Source of the DNA: Gaiellaceae bacterium
Lineage (GTDB): Bacteria; Actinomycetota; Thermoleophilia; Gaiellales; Gaiellaceae
Direction: 5' to 3'
Assembly: GCA_044870105.1 (NCBI GenBank)
Contig: JBIOYJ010000096.1
Location: 16,126-80,125, forward strand
Length of the DNA stretch: 64,000 nt
In this document: one piece after another, positions 1 through 8,728 of the stretch
How the letters are laid out: each line of letters starts with the position of its first letter
How positions within the stretch are numbered: position 1 is the stretch's first letter
Made by a program: the position numbers and the translations under genes
Notes under the pieces: model-generated
Seen by the model: only the letters and a program-made list of their open reading frames with translations
Told to the model about the DNA's origin: nothing
Databases searched by the model: none

Positions 1-176
1 AGGCCGGAGAGCAGCCGGAGTTGCTGAAGGAGGCGCCGCACCACCGGCCGGTCGGGCGGCTGGACGAGGTCAAGGCGGCGAAGCGGGCGGTCGTCAAGTA
101 CGGGTTCGAGGAGCATCCGGACTTGAGCGAAGAGCCGGCCGAGGCTCGCCAGCTCGAAGCGCAGAAGGGGGCGTAG
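1..176 (+). CDS. 3' end of an unidentified CDS entering from upstream (partial)
   Basis: Frame ending at TAG 174-176 stays open to the window edge with G/C-dominated third positions; TAG overlaps ATG 177 (TAGATG). No family recognised from the C-terminal residues. Confidence 0.4.
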   Translation, partial: AGEQPELLKEAPHHRPVGRLDEVKAAKRAVVKYGFEEHPDLSEEPAEARQLEAQKGA

Positions 177-665
177 ATGGGCGAGGTCTCGCCGCTGCTG
201 CAGGCGCTCTACGAGGGCAAGGACGACGAGGTCGCCGCGCGGCTCGCCAAAGCGCCCGACCTCGATCTCTTCGAGGCCGCCGCGTCCGGGCGGACGGAGC
301 GGCTGCGGGAGCTGCTCGACGCAAACGCCGAGCTCGCGCAGGCGCGCTCGCCCGACGGCTTCACAGCGCTCCACCTGGCGGCGTTCTTCGCCCACCCTGA
401 AGCGGCGAGGCTGCTGCTCGAGCGAGGCGCCGATCCGGATGCCGTCGCGGAGAACCGGATGTGCGTGACGCCCCTGCACAGCGCCGCGGCTGCGCGCAAC
501 GTCGAAACGGCGCGCGACCTCCTCGACCGCGGGGCCGATCCGAACGCTCGGCAGGAAGGCGGCTTCGTTGCGCTCGATGCGGCGCTTCAGAACAGGGACG
601 ATGAGCTGCGGGCGCTTCTGCTGGCGCGCGGCGCCGATCCGGACGCGGTCACAATGAAACGGTGA
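177..665 (+). CDS. ankyrin-repeat protein
   Basis: 162-aa ORF with repeated ankyrin consensus blocks (TALHLAAFFAHPEAARLLLERGADPDA; TPLHSAAAARNVETARDLLDRGADPNA). Confidence 0.8.
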   Translation: MGEVSPLLQALYEGKDDEVAARLAKAPDLDLFEAAASGRTERLRELLDANAELAQARSPDGFTALHLAAFFAHPEAARLLLERGADPDAVAENRMCVTPLHSAAAARNVETARDLLDRGADPNARQEGGFVALDAALQNRDDELRALLLARGADPDAVTMKR

Positions 666-1705
666 TCGAGCTCCGTTCCGACACCGCCACGCGCCCGACC
701 GCGGGAATGCGCGCCGCGATCGCCGCGGCCGAGGTGGGGGACGAGCAGAAGCGCGAAGATCCGACGGTCAACGAGCTCGAGCGCCGCGGTGCGGCACTGC
801 TCGGCCAGGAGGAGTCGGTCTACGTCCCGACCGCGACGATGGCCAATGAGATCGCGCTGAGGTCGCTCTCTGATCCGGGAGATGAGCTGATCGCCGAGGA
901 GAACGCCCACGTTCTTCTTGCTGAGCTTGGCGGGCCTGCGATCCACGCCGGCTTGATGATCCGCGCCGTCAAGGGAGATGCCGGCCGTTTTTCCGGCGAG
1001 CAGATTCGCGCGATGGTGCGCCGTACCGACGGGACGCATGTCCCGCCGACACGGGTGGTCGCGGTCGAGAACACGCACAACGGTTCCGGCGGCCGGATCT
1101 GGCCGCGCGAGGCGCTCGAGGACGTCGTCTCTACAGCTCGCGAGCTCGGGCTGGCGGTGCATCTCGACGGCGCGCGCCTCCTGAACGCCGCGGTCGCGAC
1201 CGGCGAGAGCGCAGCGGAGATCGCGGGCCCGTTCGACACGGTCACCCTCTGCCTCTCGAAGGGCCTCGGCTGTCCCCTGGGGGCTCTCGTCGCCGGCTCG
1301 CACGAGTTGATGGCGAAGGCGCGCCGGCTCAAGCACCTGTTCGGCGGGGCGATGCGGCAGGCCGGAATCGTCGCCGCGGCCGGCGTCTATGCGCTCGACC
1401 ATCACGTCGAACGGCTGGCCGAAGATCACGCGCGGGCGCGCAGGCTCGCCGAAGGCCTCCACGCAGCCGGGCTGCCCATCGACCTCGACCAGGTGGAGAC
1501 GAATTTCGTCCAGCTCGACCTTGCGCCGCTCGGGTTCGAGGCGGGAGACGCGCTGGAGCGCCTCAAGAACGAAGGAGTCGGACTCTCCTGGACACCCCAT
1601 CCGACGGTGCTGCGCGCCGTCACACATCTCGACGTCTCCGAGGAGGACATCGACCGCGCCCTCGAGTTGATCCCGCGGGCGCTTGGAGTCCTTGCCCGCG
1701 CCTGA
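662..1705 (+). CDS. ltaE: low-specificity L-threonine aldolase (PLP-dependent)
   Basis: GTG 662 overlaps the ankyrin stop (GTGA). N-terminus IELRSDTATRPT..MR.A and overall layout typical of threonine aldolase / beta-eliminating lyase family. Confidence 0.75.
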   Translation: MIELRSDTATRPTAGMRAAIAAAEVGDEQKREDPTVNELERRGAALLGQEESVYVPTATMANEIALRSLSDPGDELIAEENAHVLLAELGGPAIHAGLMIRAVKGDAGRFSGEQIRAMVRRTDGTHVPPTRVVAVENTHNGSGGRIWPREALEDVVSTARELGLAVHLDGARLLNAAVATGESAAEIAGPFDTVTLCLSKGLGCPLGALVAGSHELMAKARRLKHLFGGAMRQAGIVAAAGVYALDHHVERLAEDHARARRLAEGLHAAGLPIDLDQVETNFVQLDLAPLGFEAGDALERLKNEGVGLSWTPHPTVLRAVTHLDVSEEDIDRALELIPRALGVLARA

Positions 1706-3038
1706 GCAGCTCACCCGTGAGCTCGCCCGGATCGTACGGGCGGCGCAGTCCGAGCATCGACTGCCCAGCCTGACCGGAGCGATCTTCCGAGGCGGCGAGC
1801 TCGAGTGGGCCGAGGCCGTCGGCTTCGCGGACGTTGAGGAGCGCACGGAGGCGACCCTCGACACGCAGTATCAGATCGCCTCGATCACGAAGACCTTCAT
1901 CGCGACGTCGGTGCTGCAGCTTCGAGACGCGGGGGCGCTCGAGCTCGACGATCCGCTCTCCGTCCACCTTCCCGAGGCGGCGCATGGAACGCTGACCCTT
2001 CGCCGGATGCTGGCGCACGTCTCCGGCCTGCAGCGCGAGCCGGTCGGCGAGGTCTGGGAGACGATGCAGTTCCCGGACCGCGACGAGCTGCTCGAGCGCC
2101 TGGCCGAGGCCGAGCAGGTGCTCGCCCCGGGGCTGCAATGGCATTACTCCAACCTCGCGTACGTGCTGCTCGGCGAGGTCGTCGAGCGCACTTCGGGCGT
2201 GCCCGTCAAGCAGTACGTCGAGGAGCGCCTGCTTCGGCCGCTGGGACTGAACCGGACGGGCTGGTCGGCCGAGGAGCCGTATGCGCGGGGCTACTTCGTC
2301 GAGCCGTATTCGCATTCCGTGCGCCCTGAGCCCGAAGTAAACGCAGGCGCAACGTCCGCCGCAGGCGGCCTTGCCAGCACCGTCGGCGACCTTGCCCGTT
2401 GGGGCGCCTTTCTCGCCGATCCCGATCCGAACGTGCTCTCCCCGCAGACAGCGGAGGAGATGCACTCGGTTCAGGTCATGGCCGAGGACGACTGGACCCT
2501 CGGGTGGGGACTCGGACTGCAGCTACACCGCCGCGGTGAAGGGCTCTTCGCGGGCCACGGCGGCGCCTACCCCGGTCACCTGTCGACCGTACTCTGGTCG
2601 CGGAAGCACAAGGTCGGCGCCGTCGTGCTCGCGAACTCCTCCGCGTGGCCGAAGCTGACCGAGACCGCACTCGATCTCGCGGCCAAAGCGGTCGAGCACT
2701 TCCCGGCCGAACCGGAACCCTGGCGGGCCGAGGAGGCGCCGCCGGAGGAGATCGCGCCCCTTCTCGGCCGGTGGTGGTCGGAAGGCTCGGAGATCATCTT
2801 GAGCTACCGCGACGGTCGGCTCGAGGCCAGGTTGGCCTCGACGCCCGAAAAGGAGCCTTCGGTCTTCGAGCCCGAAGGAGAAGACGCCTATCGGACCGTC
2901 GCCGGGCGGGAGCGTGGCGAGCTGCTCCGGGTGGTGCGGGACGAGACGGGCGAGGTCGTCAAGTTCTACTGGGCGACCTATCCGTTCCTGCGCGCACCCG
3001 AGGTCTTCGGCGCTCAGCGGTCGCCGACCCCGAGGTAG
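1683..3038 (+). CDS. serine hydrolase, beta-lactamase/PBP4*-like family
   Basis: SxxK motif (ASITKTF) and YxN motif (HYSNLAY) in a 451-aa ORF; start codon (TTG 1683) uncertain. Confidence 0.75.
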   Translation: MESLPAPEQLTRELARIVRAAQSEHRLPSLTGAIFRGGELEWAEAVGFADVEERTEATLDTQYQIASITKTFIATSVLQLRDAGALELDDPLSVHLPEAAHGTLTLRRMLAHVSGLQREPVGEVWETMQFPDRDELLERLAEAEQVLAPGLQWHYSNLAYVLLGEVVERTSGVPVKQYVEERLLRPLGLNRTGWSAEEPYARGYFVEPYSHSVRPEPEVNAGATSAAGGLASTVGDLARWGAFLADPDPNVLSPQTAEEMHSVQVMAEDDWTLGWGLGLQLHRRGEGLFAGHGGAYPGHLSTVLWSRKHKVGAVVLANSSAWPKLTETALDLAAKAVEHFPAEPEPWRAEEAPPEEIAPLLGRWWSEGSEIILSYRDGRLEARLASTPEKEPSVFEPEGEDAYRTVAGRERGELLRVVRDETGEVVKFYWATYPFLRAPEVFGAQRSPTPR

Positions 3039-4060
3039 AGGAGCGCGACTGCGGCGTACGCCGCCGCGAGCAGGACTCCCTCCCAACGTCGCGTCCGCGC
3101 GTCGAGCACGACCGCTCCGACGACGAGCGCGGCGCCGGCCATGGTGAGGAGCTCGACCGGGCGGAACGCGAGCGCGAGGGCAGGTGAGACCGCCCACGAG
3201 AGGATTGCGACCGCCGGCGTCACGAACATCGCCACCTGCGCGCTCGAGGAGATGGCGATCTCGCTCGCGAGCCCGATCTTGCCCCTCCGCGCGATCACGA
3301 CCGCGCCGCCGTGCTCGGCCGCATTGCCGACGAGGGCGACGATCACCGCCGCGATGAAGAACTCGGACAGCCCGGCGGCTTGCGAGAAGGCTTCCAGCGA
3401 GTGAACGAGGATCTCGCTGATCACGGCCGTCGCTCCCGTCGCCGCGCCGAGGACCATCAGGGCGACGGTCAGCGACCAGCCTTCCGTGACGGATCGTTCG
3501 CGCGCGGCCTGGGCCCGATGGTGACGTCGTAGGTTGTCGATCGTCACGCCGAGGTAGAGGGCGAGCAGCGCGACGCAGACCGGCAGCGTGAGCACGGCCA
3601 GCGAGTGCCGGTTCGGATCACCGGTGAAGCCCGGGATCGAGGGGATCAAGAACAGCAGCACGGCCGCGAGTACCACGCCGAGCTGGACGAGCAGCGAACG
3701 GCGTTCGAGGCGCCCGGGTCGAGGCTGCATGATCAGCGCCACGCCCAGCACGAGCAGCAGGTTCGAGACGACGCTGCCGGTGAGCGAGCCTCGCACGACG
3801 TCGGGCAGGCCGTCTGCGACCGCGAACAGGGAAATGATCACCTCGGGCGCGTTGCCGAAGCTCGCATTCAGGAAGCCGCCGATGCCGGGTCCAGTGTGCT
3901 CCGCCGCATGTTCCGTCGCGTCGCCGATCAGCCACGCGAGCGGAACGAGCGCGGTTGCCGCCAGCACGAAGAGCGCGACGTCGCCCGGATGGGCGAGGAC
4001 GTCGACGAGAAACGTGATTGGCGCGAGGGCGAGGGAGGCCCAGAGGATCTTCCGCGCCAC
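3014..4060 (-). CDS. Ca2+/H+ (cation/proton) antiporter, CaCA family
   Basis: 348-aa polytopic protein with the two alpha-repeat signatures GNAPEVIISL and GNAAEHGGAV; GTG start 4060 preceded by TAGGGT-N6. Confidence 0.8.
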   Translation of the reverse strand: MARKILWASLALAPITFLVDVLAHPGDVALFVLAATALVPLAWLIGDATEHAAEHTGPGIGGFLNASFGNAPEVIISLFAVADGLPDVVRGSLTGSVVSNLLLVLGVALIMQPRPGRLERRSLLVQLGVVLAAVLLFLIPSIPGFTGDPNRHSLAVLTLPVCVALLALYLGVTIDNLRRHHRAQAARERSVTEGWSLTVALMVLGAATGATAVISEILVHSLEAFSQAAGLSEFFIAAVIVALVGNAAEHGGAVVIARRGKIGLASEIAISSSAQVAMFVTPAVAILSWAVSPALALAFRPVELLTMAGAALVVGAVVLDARTRRWEGVLLAAAYAAVALLYLGVGDR

Positions 4061-4065
4061 GCCGA

Positions 4066-4072
4066 TACCCTA
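4066..4072. promoter_or_regulatory. overlapping divergent -10 boxes (TACCCT on + / TAGGGT on -)
   Basis: Only 18 nt separate GTG 4060 (-) and GTG 4079 (+); hexamers lie 6 and 7 nt from the respective start codons. Confidence 0.5.
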
Positions 4073-4078
4073 GCGTCG

Positions 4079-4804
4079 GTGCTGCGGGCGGTTCTCTTCG
4101 ACTGGGGCGACACGCTGATGGACTTCGTGTACGACCCGGCGCTGATCGAGGCCGGGCACCGGGCCGGTCTCGAAGAGCTCGGCCGCGACGACGTGCCGGA
4201 CTTCGAGCGTACGGCGGCGCACTTCCGCGAGCGCTACGAGCCGCTGTTCTGGGTGCCCGGAACTGTCGAGGAGATCGAGTATCCGGGTCTCGTGCGACAG
4301 TTGCTGGGCGACTTCGGGGTTGAGGTCTCTGACGAGGAGCTCGACCGCTTTCTCGATGCCGAGCACGCGGCGTGGGACCCCGCGAGGCGGCTCGCCGCGA
4401 ACACGCACGCTTTGCTCGAGACGCTTCGCGCCCGCGGGCTGAAGCTCGGGCTGGTGTCGAATGCGTTCGATCCGGGCTGGCTTCTGCACCGCGATCTCGA
4501 GCAGATGGGGCTGGCGGAGCGCCTCGACTTCGCCGTCTTCTCCTCCGAGGTCGGCAAGCGCAAGCCGCATCCCGCGATCTTCGAGCGTGCGCTGGGGGCG
4601 CTCGACGTCGCGGCCGACGAGGCGCTCTTCATCGGCGATCGGCTCTACGAGGACGTCCGCGGGGCGGCCGAGGTGGGCATGCGCACTGTGCAGGCGCTCT
4701 GGTTTCGGGCGGACGAGCATCCGGAGGGGAGCGAGCCGGATTTCCAGGCTTTCACCCAGATGGACGTTCTGAACGTCGTCGAGCGGCTCCGCGCCGCGGC
4801 TTGA
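4079..4804 (+). CDS. HAD-superfamily hydrolase
   Basis: Motif I DWGDTLM right after GTG 4079, later SNAFD and GDRLYEDV motifs. The ORF-track 5' extension (3605-4078) is antisense to the antiporter gene and was trimmed. Confidence 0.7.
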   Translation: MLRAVLFDWGDTLMDFVYDPALIEAGHRAGLEELGRDDVPDFERTAAHFRERYEPLFWVPGTVEEIEYPGLVRQLLGDFGVEVSDEELDRFLDAEHAAWDPARRLAANTHALLETLRARGLKLGLVSNAFDPGWLLHRDLEQMGLAERLDFAVFSSEVGKRKPHPAIFERALGALDVAADEALFIGDRLYEDVRGAAEVGMRTVQALWFRADEHPEGSEPDFQAFTQMDVLNVVERLRAAA

Positions 4805-4852
4805 CGTTCCCCCGCGATTTTCGCTACCCCGAAGCGCCTTAATTGTCAAGAC

Positions 4853-5302
4853 TTGCGGTCGAGGCCCCTCGTGCCGAACAATTCCGATATGGAAACCGAG
4901 CAGCGGGCGGCGGCGTCGCCGGGCGAGCTTCCTCTCCGGCCGCAGGACGAAGTCGAGTGCCGTCGCTGCGAGGTTCATTGCGACAAGGTGGTGTACCCGG
5001 GCGCCTGCCTCGCGCGCGCCTGCCCCTTCCTCTATTCGTACGAGGAGTTCGGCCACACGTACGTCGGATGCATGCAGAAGGTCTTCGACGTCGAGATCGA
5101 CTTCGACCTGCTGCAGGCAGCCGAGCGCGGCAGCGGCTTCGGCGCCGTGCGGGCCGTACGCAGCCCGCTGCCGATGTGTCGCGTCGAGGTCGAGGCGTGC
5201 TACGAGAGCCGGTCAGACGAGCTGGGCTGTCTCAACCCCGAGTTTTCCGAGCTGCCGGTCGGCGAGCCGACCTTCCGGGTTTTCGCCCGTCTGACCGCGT
5301 AG
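4853..5302 (+). CDS. hypothetical cysteine-rich small protein
   Basis: High GC3 ORF; ECRRCEVHCDKVVYPGACLARACPFLY plus four further Cys. Start uncertain (TTG 4853, GTG 4871 with GAGG upstream, or ATG 4889). No family recognised. Confidence 0.45.
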   Translation: MRSRPLVPNNSDMETEQRAAASPGELPLRPQDEVECRRCEVHCDKVVYPGACLARACPFLYSYEEFGHTYVGCMQKVFDVEIDFDLLQAAERGSGFGAVRAVRSPLPMCRVEVEACYESRSDELGCLNPEFSELPVGEPTFRVFARLTA

Positions 5303-6143
5303 CCCGAGCGTAGAGGGCCTTCAGCTTCTTCACCTGCTCGGCATCGGGCCCTCGCCCGTTCTTGCCGGGCACTTCGAGCAGTGCCGGCAGTCCCTGCAGG
5401 CGCGGGTGGGAGAGGAAGACGCCGAGCTCCTGGCCCATCAGCCCGTCGCCGATGTTCTCGTGGCGGTCGCGGTTCGAGCCGGCCGGCGCCTTGGAGTCGT
5501 TCACGTGCAGCGCGCGGAGCCGGTCGAGGCCGATCGCCTCGTCGAGCTCCTCGAGCACGCGGTCGAGCTCCTCGCGGTCGGTGACGTCGTAGCCGGAGGC
5601 GTACAGGTGGCAAGAGTCGAGGCAGACGCCCAGTCGGGGATGGCCGTCGAGCCGGTGGAAGATCGCGCCCAGCTCATCGATCGAGCGCCCGATCGTCTCG
5701 CCGGCGCCGGCCGTGTTCTCCATGCAGAGCCACGTCGTCTCGGAGCAGCGTTCCAGTGCTTCCGCGAGAGCGGGAACGACTCGCTCGAGGCCGACGTCGA
5801 AACCGGCCCCCTGATGCGAACCGACGTGGAAGACGACCGCGTCCGCTTCGATCGCGCAGGCGACGTCGACCGTGTTCCGAAGGGCCGCAACCGACTTCGA
5901 ATAGAAGTCGTCGTTCGGGCTTGCCAGGTTGATCAGGTAGAGCGCGTGGCACACGACGCCGCCGATGCCGGCCTCGGCGCGTCGCTGCTTGAAACGCTCG
6001 AAGTTGGCGGGATCGTGGTTGGTCGGCCGCCACGTCCGTGGGCTCTGGGTGAAGAGCTGGACGGCCTCTCCGCCCAGCGCCTCGATGCGGTCGATGACGG
6101 TGTGGATCCCGCCCGAGCTCGAGACGTGGGCGCCGAGCTGCAC
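5232..6143 (-). CDS. nfo: deoxyribonuclease IV (endonuclease IV)
   Basis: MQLGAHVSSSGG..., TIM-barrel AP-endonuclease 2 layout; GTG 6143 preceded by TAGCCT-N6; basic C-terminal tail. Confidence 0.85.
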   Translation of the reverse strand: MQLGAHVSSSGGIHTVIDRIEALGGEAVQLFTQSPRTWRPTNHDPANFERFKQRRAEAGIGGVVCHALYLINLASPNDDFYSKSVAALRNTVDVACAIEADAVVFHVGSHQGAGFDVGLERVVPALAEALERCSETTWLCMENTAGAGETIGRSIDELGAIFHRLDGHPRLGVCLDSCHLYASGYDVTDREELDRVLEELDEAIGLDRLRALHVNDSKAPAGSNRDRHENIGDGLMGQELGVFLSHPRLQGLPALLEVPGKNGRGPDAEQVKKLKALYARATRSDGRKPGRSARRPAARKTRG

Positions 6144-6312
6144 CCCGCGAGGCTACCCGGAAACCCGCACGAGACCCGGCCTTTGTGTTGCATAGCACCA
6201 TCCCCTCCCGGTGCGTAGTGAGCCAGCTTCTTGTTCCGTTGGGACGAGGCTTTCCGGGGAGAAGTGATGCAACAGAAAGTCAGCCTCGCGTCCGGCTCTA
6301 GCATTGGTCTCC

Positions 6313-7593
6313 ATGAACGTTCGCGTTCGCTTCGCGCCCAGCCCGACGGGATACCTGCACATCGGCGGCGCGCGGACCGCGCTCTTCAACTGGCTGTTCG
6401 CCCGCAACAAGGGCGGGGAGTTTCGGCTGCGGATCGAGAACACGGACACGAGCCGCGAGGTAGCGGAGGCGACGGAGCAGATCCAGGAGTCGCTCCGCTG
6501 GCTCGGCCTCGGCTGGGACGGCGACGTCACCTTCCAGCTCGACCGGATGGAGGAGGCGCAGCGCGTCGCTCGACGCCTGGTCGAGGAAGGGAAGGCCTAC
6601 GAAGACGAGGGCGCGATCCGCTTCCGCATGCCCGACGAGGGCGTCACGGCGTGGGAGGACGCGGTGCTCGGCCGGATCGAGTATCCGAACGAGAAGCTCG
6701 AGGACGTGGTGCTCGTCCGTTCGGACGGCCGGCCGACGTACAACTTCGTCTCGCCGCTCGAGGACGTGCTCGACGGAATCACCCACGTGATCCGGGCGCA
6801 GGACCACGTCTCGAACACGCCGAAGCAGCTGCGGATCCTCGAATCGCTCGGCACCGACCTACCCGTCTACGCGCACGTGCCGCTGCTGAACGGGCCGGAC
6901 GGCCGCAAGCTGTCGAAGCGGCACGGCGCGATCACCGTCGAGGAGTTCCGGCAGGACGGCTTCATCCCCGAGGCGCTCTTCAACTACCTGGCCCTGCTCG
7001 GCTGGAGCTACGACGACCGCACCGAGATCATGAGCCGTGACGAGCTGGTCGAGCGCTTCACGCTCGACCGCGTCGGCGCGAGCCCCGCCACCTTCGACTA
7101 CGTGAAGCTGACCGACATGAACGGCAAGTACCTACGCGCGCTCGCGCCCGGCGGGTACGCCGACCGCCTCGTCGCGTACCTCCGCGAGCAGGGCTATGAC
7201 TGGGACGAGGACACGATTCGCCGCGCCGCCCCGCTCGTGCAGGAGAAGATCGCGAGGCTGGGGGAGTTCCCGGAGTTCGCGCGGTTTCTCTTCGAGCGCG
7301 TCGAACCCGATCCCGCCCAGATCCGGGACGGGGCAATCCTGCCGGCCGCGGCTCAGGCGCTCGCGAAGGTGGAGCCGTTCGAAGCCGAGCCGATCGAGGC
7401 CGCGCTACGGAGCGTCGCCGAGCAGCTTGGTCTCAAGCCGCGGGAGGCCTTTCAGCCGATTCGGTTGGCGTTGACCGGGTCGACCGTGTCGCCGGGACTG
7501 TTCGAAAGCCTGGAGCTGCTCGGCAAAGAGGAGTCGCTCGCGCGGATCAGCGGCATCGGCCTGGGCGGGCCGAGCGGGTCGAGCGCCCGCTGA
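6313..7593 (+). CDS. gltX: glutamyl-tRNA synthetase
   Basis: VRFAPSPTGYLHIGGARTALFNW (HIGH) and KLSKR (KMSKS). ATG 6313 preferred over TTG 6304 because TAGCAT lies 8 nt upstream. Confidence 0.9.
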   Translation: MNVRVRFAPSPTGYLHIGGARTALFNWLFARNKGGEFRLRIENTDTSREVAEATEQIQESLRWLGLGWDGDVTFQLDRMEEAQRVARRLVEEGKAYEDEGAIRFRMPDEGVTAWEDAVLGRIEYPNEKLEDVVLVRSDGRPTYNFVSPLEDVLDGITHVIRAQDHVSNTPKQLRILESLGTDLPVYAHVPLLNGPDGRKLSKRHGAITVEEFRQDGFIPEALFNYLALLGWSYDDRTEIMSRDELVERFTLDRVGASPATFDYVKLTDMNGKYLRALAPGGYADRLVAYLREQGYDWDEDTIRRAAPLVQEKIARLGEFPEFARFLFERVEPDPAQIRDGAILPAAAQALAKVEPFEAEPIEAALRSVAEQLGLKPREAFQPIRLALTGSTVSPGLFESLELLGKEESLARISGIGLGGPSGSSAR

Positions 7594-7726
7594 AACTCAA
7601 GCCACGCGCGGCGGCGGAATTGCACGCTGGGACGTGGAAGCTGCTCCTCCATTGCTGTCATCGGTCCGAAACGAATCGAGCTCTTTAACGCTTCTGAGAG
7701 GTAAAACGAGCCGTGGTGGGGGGCGG

Positions 7727-8311
7727 TTACGCGTGCGACCTGTAGATGAACAAAGCCCCTGCAACGAGCGCTAATCCCAGCGCCCAGAGCGGCCAGAGGG
7801 CAATGGTCGCACCTCCCGCGAAAGCCGCCGCCCCGGCCACGACGAACAGGATTGCGGGGAACGCTCCGCGCGCGGTCGGCGGCTCTTCGTCGATGGGCAT
7901 CAGCGGGGCGGGCAGCGGCGACGGCGTCGCCAGACGCAGCCGGGCGAGGCGGACGCGGAAGAGGGCGCCTCGCCATTCCGGGATCAGCGGCTCGGCTGCG
8001 TAGAACCCTCCGTCTTCAGCGGCCTCGGCGAGGTCGGCCGTCGCATCGCGCGCGGCGGCCAGCGCGGCCGCGAGCTCGGAATGCGCGGCCTCGGCACCAA
8101 CGGGAGGCTCGATCCCGAGCGCGAGCTCTGCGCCGGCGTGAAGCGCGTACTGGAGCTCGGGGAGAAGCTCGATCGCTTCGTCGTCGAGCCGGAGCTCCGG
8201 GTCCGCTGCGATCGCCTCGAGCTCGGAGACGGCGAGCGCGACCCGCTTCCAGAGCCCCGATATCGCGGCTGCGTACCCCTGCCGCTGACCGCTCGAGACG
8301 CCCGGCCTCAC
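7727..8311 (-). CDS. hypothetical membrane-anchored protein
   Basis: 194-aa ORF, acidic helical N-terminal part, two C-terminal hydrophobic helices; GTG 8311 preceded by TAAGAT-N6. Confidence 0.5.
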   Translation of the reverse strand: MRPGVSSGQRQGYAAAISGLWKRVALAVSELEAIAADPELRLDDEAIELLPELQYALHAGAELALGIEPPVGAEAAHSELAAALAAARDATADLAEAAEDGGFYAAEPLIPEWRGALFRVRLARLRLATPSPLPAPLMPIDEEPPTARGAFPAILFVVAGAAAFAGGATIALWPLWALGLALVAGALFIYRSHA

Positions 8312-8347
8312 GCGGCGATCTTAACGGTAGACTCGCGGGCGCCGGGT

Positions 8348-8716
8348 ATGGGGGATCGAGAACCGCGAACCGTTCTCGTCGTCGACGACGACATTGCGCT
8401 GCGACTGCTGTGCCGGGTCAACCTCGAGCTGGACGGCCACCGCGTGCTCGAGGCGGCGGCGCCAGAACAGGCCCGCGAGCTCCTCGCCTCCGAGGGCGTC
8501 GACGCAGTGCTCCTCGATCTCCATCTCGGCCTCGAGGATGGACTCGAGCTCGTGGAGGAGATTCGCCGGGCGGGCGCCGGCGTCGCGCTGCTGACCGGCA
8601 CGCCCGACATCCCGCCCGAGACGCGTGACCGAGTCGACGCGGTCCTGACCAAGCCGTTCGCAATCGACGGCCTGCTCACCGCGGTCCGCGGGCTCGTGAG
8701 CCTCCCGCTTCGCTAG
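8348..8716 (+). CDS. stand-alone response-regulator receiver domain
   Basis: VLVVDDD, LLDLHLG (phospho-Asp), LLTG, LTKPF all present; ATG 8348 chosen because upstream part of the ORF overlaps the divergent gene. Confidence 0.75.
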   Translation: MGDREPRTVLVVDDDIALRLLCRVNLELDGHRVLEAAAPEQARELLASEGVDAVLLDLHLGLEDGLELVEEIRRAGAGVALLTGTPDIPPETRDRVDAVLTKPFAIDGLLTAVRGLVSLPLR

Positions 8717-8728
8717 ATTTCGCGCTTC

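Noticed and set aside
3605-4078. Long 5' extensions of ORF-track entries (3605, 26037, 28356, 30002, 41357, 48401, 56837 and others)
   Set aside because: The extended parts overlap the preceding or opposite-strand gene and translate to Arg/Pro-rich filler. Conserved N-termini begin at internal GTG/TTG/ATG codons that overlap the upstream stop or follow a -10 box, so the starts were moved.
6156-6312. T-box or other leader RNA controlling gltX
   Set aside because: The -10 hexamer TAGCAT lies 8 nt before ATG 6313, so the transcript is probably leaderless. No specifier loop or T-box motif is present.
6231-7040. 269-aa plus-strand ORF overlapping gltX in another frame; many similar 60-300-aa alternative-frame ORFs occur throughout
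   Set aside because: These overlap strongly supported genes, have Arg/Pro/Gly-rich composition and lack motifs. They are typical high-GC shadow ORFs.
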